Assembly: GCF_001194135.2 (NCBI RefSeq)
Contig: NC_068982.1
Span: 26,375,595 to 26,427,724 of the forward strand
From: Octopus bimaculoides
Lineage: Eukaryota
Direction of reading: 5' to 3'
DNA length: 52,130 nt
This document shows, in pieces, positions 1 through 9,985 of this stretch; the stretch's first letter is position 1, and each line of letters starts with the position of its first letter. Below the pieces are notes generated by a model. The model saw only the letters and a list, made by a program, of their open reading frames with translations, did not search any database and had not been told where the DNA came from. A program made the position numbers and the translations under genes.

Positions 1-36
<36 letters not shown>

Positions 37-159
37 GGATAGATAGATAGATAGATAGATATACACATACAAATGAACAGACACACACCAATCTGTATAT
101 CTGTATTTAAATCTATCAATCTCTCTATCCACAGACATGTGTGCATGTGCCTTGTACAC

Positions 160-222
<63 letters not shown>
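1..222. repeat. Compound microsatellite (AT)n-(AG)n-(GATA)n-(AC)n-(AT)n
   Basis: Directly visible tandem di- and tetranucleotide runs. Confidence 0.95.
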
Positions 223-1090
223 AGCGCAGGAGTGGCTTTGTGGTAGGAAGCCTGATCAAATATCTTATGAGAGGTCATTTCTTGTGTAAATTTGTAGCGA
301 GTGATTTGCGGGATAATTTGCTATTAATAATCAAACGCATTGCAGCCATAAGAATTTTGTTTTTCCCTATCAGCAGAGAAGGCAGTAGCACATTATCCAA
401 TGAGTTTCGTTTGTAAGATGAGGGAATATAATTTAGAGGACATCTAGCTGTTATTTCTAGCAGTACATCGTGGTGCGACGTAGAGCCTCCCTTTTTATTT
501 CTAGTAGAGTTAGCAAAACAACCAGAAGGAGTCAATTGTAAGATTGACAAATGGCCTTAGTTGTAGATAAATATAAAGAAGGAAATATAATTCAACAGCG
601 CAAGTCGTAGATTCAAATATATTACATTTGAAATAAATATAATAAACTATAAAGTTATCATCTATCCTTGCATTCCCAACCTCTTCCTCTATTTCCATCA
701 TCTACATATATCTGAGCATACGTTTTCCTGCCACTGTAATGTTGATTAATGAGGTCAGTGAAACAGATGTCATGTGTATGTATATGAATATTATAGAGCT
801 GCACTTGACATCTTCTGAGGTTAGCAGCAGAATCGTATTTTTCAACAAGTGTATTGAATGTGGATGTGCATTTAAGAAGTGCGATTTTCAACCGTGTTGT
901 TCCAGGTTTGTTGCCAATGTGAAACATTTTGTACAAATGCGATCTACCATAACTTCGGTGGTACAAATATCGTGTGAGACGAATTTGGTGCACAGCAATT
1001 ATAGTGTATCAATCATATATTTAAACACACACACAAACACACACACACAAACACACACACACACAATGATACACACTCGAGTGTACATAC

Positions 1091-1127
<37 letters not shown>

Positions 1128-1446
1128 TTTATTTGTTTCAGTCACCCCTCTAGACTTTCAATTCTACTACTAACCCATCAATTCAAGCATGCTTTTTTCT
1201 CCCCCTTGAGCAAAAATGATTCCCCCACTCTCTTATCTCTACATTATCGTTTTTTTTTTTCAAAATACCACCCTCCTTACATATCTCTATGACTCGGTCA
1301 AAATTGCCCTATTAAAATCTACCTGTCAAACGACCTTGCTTAAAATTCCTTAACTCATCCACTCCTTTATGATTTTATTCTTGTTAGTCTTTTCTGCTTT
1401 CTTTTTATGCTCCTATTTTTTCTCTACATTTATTCTCCACTCTTAC

Positions 1447-1591
1447 CGGGGTCTCCACACATCCTGATCGAAGCTTGCGCATGGTAACATGTAGTCTGCA
1501 GGATATATCTCGCTTAGATATTCACCACTTACGAAATTCCGCTCGTATGGAACATATGTAGCCCGGATCTCATCTACTTCATTCTTTAATA
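1447..1591 (-). CDS. Candidate internal exon C (phase 1 to 2) of a minus-strand gene; possible C-terminal part of a divergent C-type lectin-like domain
   Basis: 145 nt, open as xLKNEVDEIRATYVPYERNFVSGEYLSEIYPADYMLPCASFDQDVWRP; strong donor CG|GTAAGA at 1446; weak acceptor ACAAG| with no pyrimidine tract; non-repetitive, protein-like composition. Confidence 0.5.
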
Positions 1592-1611
1592 CTTGTGTGT
1601 GTGTGTATTGC

Positions 1612-2062
1612 AAATGGCAACCACATAACCTAAAGAAACTATTAACAAGGGCAAAATTCCGCATGAACAAACAGGATAAAACATTCACTGTATCCAAGTG
1701 TAATAAAAGCCGATGTGGCATGTGCCAATACATGCATACTAGTAGATCCACGAGAACAAAAAATGGAAAGATTCTCAGAAATGTAGATATGAACTGCAAA
1801 AGAAGAAATTTGATCTACTGCATTAAATGCCCTAATTGCGAGGAGCTGTATATTGGCGAGACAGGGAAGGCATTATTGGAACGCTCGCGAGTCCACAGAC
1901 AGCGAATCCGGAATACGCAAAATTCCATTAAGCGAACGTATAGAAACATGTGGTCAGAAAATGTTTCTAATTTCTCCTTTCCGCAAACTACATGACACAA
2001 GTGAGGTTGAAAGAAAGATAAAAGAAACGCATTTTATCAAAATGTTTAAACCTGTTCTGAAC
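1612..2062 (+). mobile_element. Penelope-like element (PLE) C-terminal GIY-YIG endonuclease relic, one frameshift near 1920
   Basis: KWQPHNLKKLLTRAKF...KCNKSRCGMCQY...NCKRRNLIYCIKCPNCEELYIGETG...ERSRVH, then ERKIKETHFIKMFKPVLN; Cys-rich linker plus IY...YIG motif typical of PLEs. Confidence 0.9.
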
Positions 2063-2576
2063 GGAAATAACAACAATAATATAACAACCAGTTAATGATG
2101 TTAAAACTGCAAGCTAACGTGTTAGAATAAAGGTGGGATCTATGGCAGTAATATCGGTGCACTCGGCAAACCGTGACATTTAAGCAGCATGCTGACTGTT
2201 CAAAACCGTATTCGAAACATTCAGCTTGTTGGAGCCTTTTAAAAGGTTTGAAAAGTCAGTAATTTTACTACAGTTGTCAAGAACTCAACTGTCAGTTGAA
2301 TACGTTTTGAAATCTGATGATTACTAAGAATGTCTGAAAGCGCTAATTGAACTTTATGAACATTACAAAATACTGTTTTTAATTGTAAAAATTTTTGTAT
2401 AAATGCAATAATGAAAATCGTGGAAACCAGACCATGTTGTAACATTATGCAACTGATATATATATGTATACATATATANNNNNNNNNNNNNNNNNNNNNN
2501 NNNNNNNNNNNNNNNNNNNNNNNNNNNNNNNNNNNNNNNNNNNNNNNNNNNNNNNNNNNNNNNNNNNNNNNNNNNN

Positions 2577-2608
<32 letters not shown>

Positions 2609-4184
2609 TACATATATATATATAATATATAAGGTTTAATATACTAGTCTATAAATTAAAACTGACTCCATAAAAACAAATAAAATCAGTGACAAGCAGA
2701 GTCTTCTTGACAATGTATTTATTGACTTCTATGTTGTAGTTGAAGCAACATGTTCTTTGTCTATCTCCTTAACGTCTTGGAGATTTTAGGTATAATTATA
2801 CTAATGTGTCCATCTGTTCTAATTTAATTAAATTCTAAATCTTTGTGCAGCTGAGGATTGCTCTGCATTTTAAATTGATGTAATGATTAAATTCTTCAAT
2901 TAAATGGAGTTGCATGAAACGATCGTACTGAATTACCTTTGGATATCCTTGTTGCTTATTTTGATATATAGAGCAAACTGCTCGCTGATCTGTTCATATA
3001 TCTACCAACCTGTAATAAATCGACACGAGCACGAAATTGGCTGACGGAACGTCTCAATAAATGTGCAAGTCATCGTATGTGTATGTATTTCACACACACA
3101 CAAACGCACACACACATACGAAAACACACACACACTTATACACGTAAGTGTGTATGTATGTATGTATGTATGTATGTATGTATACACCTTCACGTCCAAA
3201 TATATATATATATATCCACAACATTTTACACAAATACTCTAATACTTACGATAATACTGTATGCACTTATAGGAATTATACGTAGAGATATACACAGGAA
3301 ATACGTATGAATTGATATAGATGCATGCATACACATGTATACAAACAGGCACAGTCATACACACTCACATCTATCGACATGTCTGCCCATACATACAAGG
3401 ACGTATGTATCTTTCTCTACACATTCAAACATGTAGAGGATCACGCTTGCATAAATGTCTACAAACATTAATATACACATTCGTATGGAATGTATCAATA
3501 TCTGTAATCATTTACACATGTATATATACCAATATTCACCAGAAAATTTTGAAAGAGTGCGGTGTTTGACGATCAACTTTTCTATATAATATATGTTTTT
3601 GTTTCGTATGAAGAATATTATTGCTCAGTTGCATTTAGCTTATCGACTTACTGGAAATTATTCATATAAAAGTTTATGGGTTTGATAAATTTGTATCAAC
3701 GATAGAATACGCTCTCTTTTCTCTTATTGGAAGTACTATTATAATCTAAATTTATTTTAAATCCCGCTAGTTTCATTTCCCGTGTATTCTTATGCCTATC
3801 CTGTGAACTCTTTTAACGTACATTTTTATATTTCCGTGTAAGCAGAGGTAGTGATTATGACGCTCCACTGCAATTTAAAAGCAGTTATTTAAAATTTAGA
3901 GTTTATATATACTTTGTCAATAAAATAATTTTACATAAGGTTTTGTAACCAAAAGTATGTCTATGCAAAATATAAGGGCATTTAACAGTGTTTTTTAGTG
4001 AACCAATGTAGCATCCATTTCGCTAGTTTATGACATTTCAATTGCATGTTATATTGCGTAATAGGCATTTAGCTTCAGGGGGACAATTAGTGATTGTTCT
4101 ACAGTTAAAGGCATCCAGATTATTGGTTGAAATTTTCAAAGCTTTCTGTAGCGAAGAATATTTCTAGCTGCTAATTCTGATATT

Positions 4185-4325
4185 TTGCTCCAGTCCACTC
4201 AGCTGGCAATAATGAGTAACGCTACGATGGACTGGCGTCCCGTCCAGCTGTGGAACACATACGCCATTGAAACCGGCAAATGGGGCCCATGAGCCTGACT
4301 AGGCTTTAAAAGGGCACGTTTATTA
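4185..4325 (+). mobile_element. 5'-truncated SINE sharing its central domain with the copy at 4594-4918 but with a different tail
   Basis: TTGCTCCAGTCCACTCAGCTGGCAATAATGAGTA matches about 4702-4735; the downstream sequences are unrelated. Confidence 0.55.
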
Positions 4326-4593
4326 TATTTATTTATGATTCTGATATTGAGTTTGTTCATGTTTGTGTTTTAAATACTACTATCATTATTTTTATGCTTA
4401 CAGAACTATTTTCAAGATTTGTTTCTTATTGAAAATACAAGGTCTTTGAATATGGAAAGCTATGGCGTAAGAAAAGTTTATTTCAGCGGCTCCTCTGTTT
4501 ATAGAGTCTCTAAAGATGAATATATAAAATTATTTGTTGTAGAATTTCTTTTAAGCCGCTTGCGTGTTCGTGTCTCTTATATATAAAGGTATG

Positions 4594-4918
4594 TGAAGGC
4601 GTGTGGCTTAGTGGTTAAGGCATTCGACCCACGATTGTAAGGTCGTGAGTTCAATTCTAGGCGACGCATAGTGTTCTTGAGCAAGAGACTTTATTTCACG
4701 TTGCTTCAGTTCACTCAGCTGGCAAAAATGAGTACTACCTGTATTTCAAAGGGCCAGCCTTGGCACACCTGTGTCACGTTGAATCTCCCTGAGAACTACG
4801 ATAAGGGTACATTTGTCTGTGGAGTGCTCAGGCACTTGCACGTTAATTTCACAAGCAAGCTATTCCGTTGTTCTATCAGCTGGGACCCTCGTCGTTGTAA
4901 CCGACGGAGTGTTCCTAT
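4594..4918 (+). mobile_element. tRNA-derived SINE (family C), near full length
   Basis: Box A TGGCTTAGTGG, box B GAGTTCAATTC, then a CORE-like GTGTTCTTGAGCAAGAGACTT segment; ends at an (ATGT)n/(AT)n tract. Confidence 0.8.
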
Positions 4919-4945
4919 ATAAAGGTATGTATGTATGTATGTATG

Positions 4946-4999
<54 letters not shown>

Positions 5000-5300
5000 C
5001 TTATTTATTTATTTATATGCATACATATATACATACATATCTGTGAGTGTATGTGTGTTAGGTACATATTCACACCCGCACTCACGCACACATATATATA
5101 CGGATGAATGTACCAAATGTATGAGAGATTCTTGTGCATCTGTGAATGAAAGAATAAGCATGCTATTTACAGAAGCTAGACTTCAGCGGCGTAAAATAAA
5201 TAATCAACTTTAAATATTATCACTGTCAGTTGAAGGTTCTCTATTTGCGGTGTATTTTCTTCGAAATATGATTTATGTTTTGTGTTAACTGTTATTAACA

Positions 5301-5349
<49 letters not shown>

Positions 5350-5858
5350 TTTGTAATACTTTGATACCTACATTTCAATTTCTCCTCACAGGGTATTTAA
5401 AATTAATTGCAAATCAGCCTAAGGGATATTTTTATTACATATAATTTCTGTGCTCAGTCAATCGCTTCTGTATGGAGATTTATCAAACTAACCTGCAGAT
5501 GTTTTATTGAACAAATCTGTTGTTCATTGTCACTTTAACAATTTTTCTATACGTTTGTGTGATTTCAAAATATATATCAATGATTTTAGAGATTATATTT
5601 TTCAGTAGTTCTGAACCCGAAATCATTTGTTTGGGAAGTAATTTTCCTAACACACAGCCACCCCTGCTTCTATAGACCATGAACATTTCACCACAGTGTA
5701 TGATTTTTACTTTGATTCTATTTTTCTTTTATATATACATCGTAGATTTTTACGTCTTAAAACCTGTAATAATGTCATTCAGTATCTGAGATGAGAAAAC
5801 ATAAAGAAGGTAATTCATCTTAGCTTTAGAGATCAAAACTATTTTAATATTTACTAAA

Positions 5859-6050
5859 GCAGCTAACTGGTAGAAGTCAGGCAAAATGCTTAGCGGCATT
5901 TCGTCGTTCTTTACGTTCTCGTTCAAATTCCGCCGTGGTCAACTTTGCCTTTCATCCTTTCGGGGTCGATGAAACTAGTACTAGTTGCACAATGGAACTA
6001 GCCTCTCCTCCACCAAAAAATATTCAGGACTTGTGCCTATCGTAGAAAGG
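5859..6050 (+). mobile_element. tRNA-derived SINE (family A) flanked by a 13-bp direct repeat
   Basis: GCAAAATGCTTAGCGGCATTTCG...GTTCAAATTCCGCCGTGGTCAACTTTGCCTTTCATCCTTTCGGGGTCGAT; AATATTTACTAAA at 5846-5858 and 6051-6063. Confidence 0.8.
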
Positions 6051-6065
6051 AATATTTACTAAATA

Positions 6066-6174
6066 TAAGGCGGTGAGCTGGCAGAATCATTAGAACGCTG
6101 GACAAAATGCTTATCGGTATTTCGTCTGCCATTACTCTCTTTTATTTCCACCGAGATTGACTGTGCCTTTCATC
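6066..6174 (+). mobile_element. SINE family A 5' half, ending in a microsatellite
   Basis: AAGGCGGTGAGCTGGCAGAATCATTAGAACGCTGGACAAAATGCTTATCGG...TGCCTTTCATCC; homologous to 5859-6050 and 20425-20640. Confidence 0.7.
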
Positions 6175-6236
6175 CATCCATCCATCCATCCATCCATCCA
6201 TCCATCCATCCATACATACATACATACATACATACA

Positions 6237-6266
<30 letters not shown>
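6171..6266. repeat. (CATC)n switching to (CATA)n
   Basis: Directly visible. Confidence 0.95.
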
Positions 6267-6267
<1 letters not shown>

Positions 6268-6533
6268 CTAGCGCGCTATTTCTCCATATAAATGAGCCTT
6301 CGTTTTACAGAAATAACATTTCTACTCATGGCCTTTTATTGTATAAGTTTTATTTGCCAAACACTGCTTTTATCATTTCTAATGGCAATGCACTTACTAA
6401 ATGTGAAACTTATAATCGCGTATTTCTTCACTTCTAAAGTGAACTGACAATTCATTTACACACCAAAGTGGCACAAAGTGAGCTCAGGTAAAATTATATC
6501 ATTGACATAAATGCATATGCACACACATAGTCA

Positions 6534-6536
<3 letters not shown>

Positions 6537-6609
<73 letters not shown>

Positions 6610-6628
6610 TACACACACACACACACAC
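6537..6628. repeat. (CA)n microsatellite
   Basis: Directly visible. Confidence 0.95.
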
Positions 6629-7424
6629 TCAGTCACACATTTACAAGTCGTGCTTCCGTACAGTTTTCGTCTATAGAATATCGTTCACACAATATTGCTC
6701 AACTCGAGAGTAGAGAAAAAAACTTGCAATGAAAATGTCGCGCGGCACATATTGTGTGTGTTATCTTATATTAATGGATAACCATTGTATAAAATATTAG
6801 TTGTGTAGGCGATGTGCGTTTTTGTACCGGATGTCGATTTAGTAAGACTTGGCTTTGTGTTATTTTATTGGGTGTTGATTATGCAGAGTATGCGCTGTGT
6901 GGGTTGTGTTGTATTAATGGATGGTGATTATATAGAATGTTATCTGCGTGGGTTGTATTATGTTATTGGGTGGAAGTTATACAGAGTACGTGTTGTGTTC
7001 GTTGTGCCAGTAGTATAATGTGTAAATTCTGCTTTTAAATTGAAAGTATATTGGCTATCAGGTAGCTACTTTTGGAACTGCAGTTAGAATTGTAAACCCT
7101 CGTAGGTTTTTGATTTTTTTGCTTCAACTATTTTTAGAGCTGTTTTCACTTTACTTTTCAAGATCATTTTCCCTTTAAGAAATACTATACATTCGTTTGG
7201 TGATCGAGATGTACTTTCCACTTCTCTCTTTTAAAATTATATTTAGACATTTGCTATGTTCTCCTCATGAGCTTGGGTAGGTAAAACTCAAATTATTTTA
7301 ATCAAATCGTTACCGTGTAATGTGTTCGATACTTGCTTATACTACTAATTTTTAGTATTTACGTCGTAGTATTGGCATATTTCCCTCACTTGAGCTGCCG
7401 ATTTAAATGAGGTTTCTTTCTTAC

Positions 7425-7547
7425 AGCACCAGTCATGAACCTGTACGTGCAGTGTTTCACTTATGAGCTGAATGTGTAGCTTATTCATTTTAAGAAGCGG
7501 GACATATGTACAGCGTCTGTTAGACCTACCAATGTTACTTTTGTATC
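7425..7547 (-). CDS. Candidate internal exon B (phase 1 to 1) of the minus-strand gene
   Basis: Acceptor TAATCTATGCAG|, donor GCT|GTAAGA; 123 nt; only the phase-1 frame is open (xYKSNIGRSNRRCTYVPLLKMNKLHIQLISETLHVQVHDWC); phase matches exons A and C. Confidence 0.4.
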
Positions 7548-7798
7548 CTGCATAGATTAATAAATTCCTGGAATCACATACACGTTTTTATTATCTGTTT
7601 CCGTGTGTATGTATTTTATAATTATACATACGATTTCCTTTATATTTATGGTTTACAAATACCTTTTAATTCTCTTTTCTAAATCATAATATTTTGTTAG
7701 TTTCTTAAGCATCTGTCAAACGATATCCTTATCCAAACCAATTTATATGCTAATAAAATGACATATTTTCAAATACCACCGAGATCGACTTTGCCTTT

Positions 7799-8495
7799 CA
7801 TGAAAAAAACATTTTTACATTAAAGCACATTGTTTGTATGCCAGCAAAACATTTGAGTCAATGAAAACTTTAATTAACCTTATACCTATGAGTTTCATTA
7901 TTAATGACCAAATAAATCAACTAATAAGATAATTAATTGATTAGTTAATCATGCCATTTTTAGCGTGTAAGAAATCCAGGTGGTGGTTTTCTCTCCGTGT
8001 ATGTTTCATGCACTATTATATTTAAATATATTTATGTCTTCTGACTCTTATTACGCATGCTTTAATATTTTTTACCCTCGTATTTATAAAGTTAAATATT
8101 TAAATTCTTCGGCTGGATAATATACATTTGAATTTATTCACTGCAATACTACTCTGGTTTCGTACGTTGATTTGAGGGCATTCGGTGTATAAACATGGAT
8201 TTGAGGGCATTCGATATTTAAACATGGATTTGAGGGCATCCTAGATGTATAAACATGGAACTGAATGCGCACATGTTTACTTTGTGTTTTCAGTACGTCT
8301 CATATTTATACATTTTATAGCGACCTTACTGACGAGCTAGGGATGATTAACTAATCAATTACTTATCGTATTAGTTGATTTGTTTGGTCATTAATAGTGA
8401 AACTCATAGGTATATGGTTAACTAATATCTTTATTCACTCAAATGTCTTGCTGGCGTACAAACAATGTGCTTCAATATAAGAATGCTTTTTCATG
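7799..8495. repeat. Inverted repeat with arms of about 154 bp (7799-7952 / 8343-8495); MITE- or foldback-like
   Basis: Left CATGAAAAAAACATTTTTACATTAAAGCACATTGTTTGTATGCCAGC...TTAGTTAATCAT is the reverse complement, with scattered mismatches, of right ATGATTAACTAA...GCTGGCGTACAAACAATGTGCTTCAATATAAGAATGCTTTTTCATG. Confidence 0.8.
8169..8257 (+). repeat. Minisatellite, 3 copies of a 29-31 bp unit
   Basis: GATTTGAGGGCATTCGGTGTATAAACATG / GATTTGAGGGCATTCGATATTTAAACATG / GATTTGAGGGCATCCTAGATGTATAAACATG. Confidence 0.9.
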
Positions 8496-8500
8496 GTTTT

Positions 8501-8822
8501 ACCATCTCTCGAATTAGAGATAAGTTTGAAGCCGACAGAGCTGTTCAGAATGCCCACGAGAAGCATTCCGGAAGATCACGAACATCGACAACCCCAACAA
8601 AGCAAGAAGGAGTTGTGGAAGCGTATCACCAAAGTCGAAGAAAATTTGTGCGGCAAGCGAATCGTGAGGTAGGTATTTCAAAACCGTCTGTCCAACGCAT
8701 TTTGAAGCATTGTCAGTGGCAACGTTACATTCCAAGATTAGTCCATGCTATTAATGACGATGATTCAGATCGAAGAGTGCAGTATTGCGGGTGGTATTTG
8801 GCACGATATGTAGAAGATGCAC
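8501..8822 (+). mobile_element. Tc1/mariner-superfamily transposase fragment (HTH region)
   Basis: [29 protein letters not shown]...[20 protein letters not shown]...[23 protein letters not shown]. Confidence 0.85.
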
Positions 8823-9020
8823 ACTTTCAACTCTATGCATGGAAAACATTTAAATTTTGGAAGAATTAAATGAAAAGTTTTTTAAAAGAATATTTGCACA
8901 GTATTCAAATACAAGGGGCATTTTCCTTGTATTTGAATACTGTGCAAATATTCTTTTAAAAAAAATTTCATTTAATTTTTCCAAAATTTAATTGTTTTCC
9001 ATACTTAGAGTTGAAAAAGT
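8823..9020. repeat. Long near-perfect palindrome (arms of about 94 bp, 8-nt loop GGCATTTT at 8917-8924)
   Basis: ...AGAATATTTGCACAGTATTCAAATACAAGG GGCATTTT CCTTGTATTTGAATACTGTGCAAATATTCT...; pairing extends with a few mismatches to ACTTTCAACTCT / AGAGTTGAAAAAGT. Confidence 0.9.
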
Positions 9021-9180
9021 CACATTGACTGAAACCGGTACTAAAATGTTTTTTAGGATAAAATTATTTTAGTATTATCTACCACCTTGACTTATTTTCC
9101 TTATATANNNNNNNNNNNNNNNNNNNNNNNNNNNNNNNNNNNNNNNNGTGTGTGTGTGTGTGTGTGTATGTATATGGATG

Positions 9181-9241
<61 letters not shown>

Positions 9242-9689
9242 CTTTGTTTGTGTGTGTGTATCTTTGTTTGTTGCTATGTGTATACATCATTATTTGTCTA
9301 TTTCGATTCGTCGGCGATACATTTTTTCAATTTCTCTTATCTTTCCATGTTAGCACATCAACTAACACTTGGTACAACTTTCTCTTTCAGCTCTCTCTCT
9401 CTCTCTCTCTTTCCCCCCCTCTCTCTCTTGCTCTCTCTCTCTCTCTCTCTCTCTCTTGCTCTCTCTCTCTTGCTCTCTCTCTCTCTCTCACCTTCTCACT
9501 AATTTACCTATCATTTACGGTCGTATCCACTTTGTCAATAACAACAGGCCACTACAATATTTCACTTTTTATACGGAGAACCTGTAGAAATTCTATGGGT
9601 TTGCTAGGATATACATGCATCTAGGTTAGAAACCGGGTCTTTCTCAATTGGCAAGAAATCTTGAAATGAAACTGAATAATGACATGTAT

Positions 9690-9985
9690 ACATACATACG
9701 TACATATGTGTGTGTGCGCGCGCATATATGTACAAATATTTGTATCCTTTTAACGTAATTCTCACGCAGTCAGAGTGATATAATTTGTCACAAGACTGTA
9801 TATTTGAATTTCGGATACAATCATACGACAAGCTTACGAACGGTTTCTGTCCACCCAATTTCACTCGTGAATTAGATATGGAACCCAAACTATAGAAAAT
9901 GACATTTATCCACAATACAATGCAGTGGGATCAAATTCAGAAGCTTCTGGTTGCGAAGGGATCTCCTTAACTATTAGACCATGAT
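9690..9985 (-). mobile_element. Old, diverged SINE related to family B
   Basis: Reverse complement ...CTGAATTTGATCCCACTGCATTG...GAGTGAAATTGGGTGGACAGAAAC aligns loosely with 44381-44530 and 35490-35626. Confidence 0.5.

Noticed and set aside
658-993. YVDD in a minus-strand ORF as a reverse-transcriptase active site
   Set aside because: No other RT motifs in the correct order around it; a four-residue match is expected by chance
2191-2225. Hammerhead-like trace downstream of the PLE endonuclease (GCTGA...CGAAACATTCAGC)
   Set aside because: The position is suggestive, but the core would be CTGTTCA, stem II does not pair and there is no clean NUH triplet
2936-3009. Minus-strand exon-like segment with acceptor TTATTACAG| and donor AAG|GTAATT
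   Set aside because: All three frames from that acceptor contain stops, and it does not fit the phase chain between exons B and C
4594-4670. tRNA gene calls for SINE heads (also 48180-48255 and 44381-44450)
   Set aside because: Box A and box B are present, but there is no complete acceptor stem or cloverleaf and each continues into a SINE body
6780-7330. Possible PLE N-terminal relic on the minus strand
   Set aside because: Only a short nucleotide resemblance (AAAGTAGCTAC) to about 42566 and no decodable protein motif
8169-8257. CRISPR-like repeat-spacer array
   Set aside because: Only three units, the variable parts are 8-10 nt and mutually similar, there are no cas genes, and the context is eukaryotic
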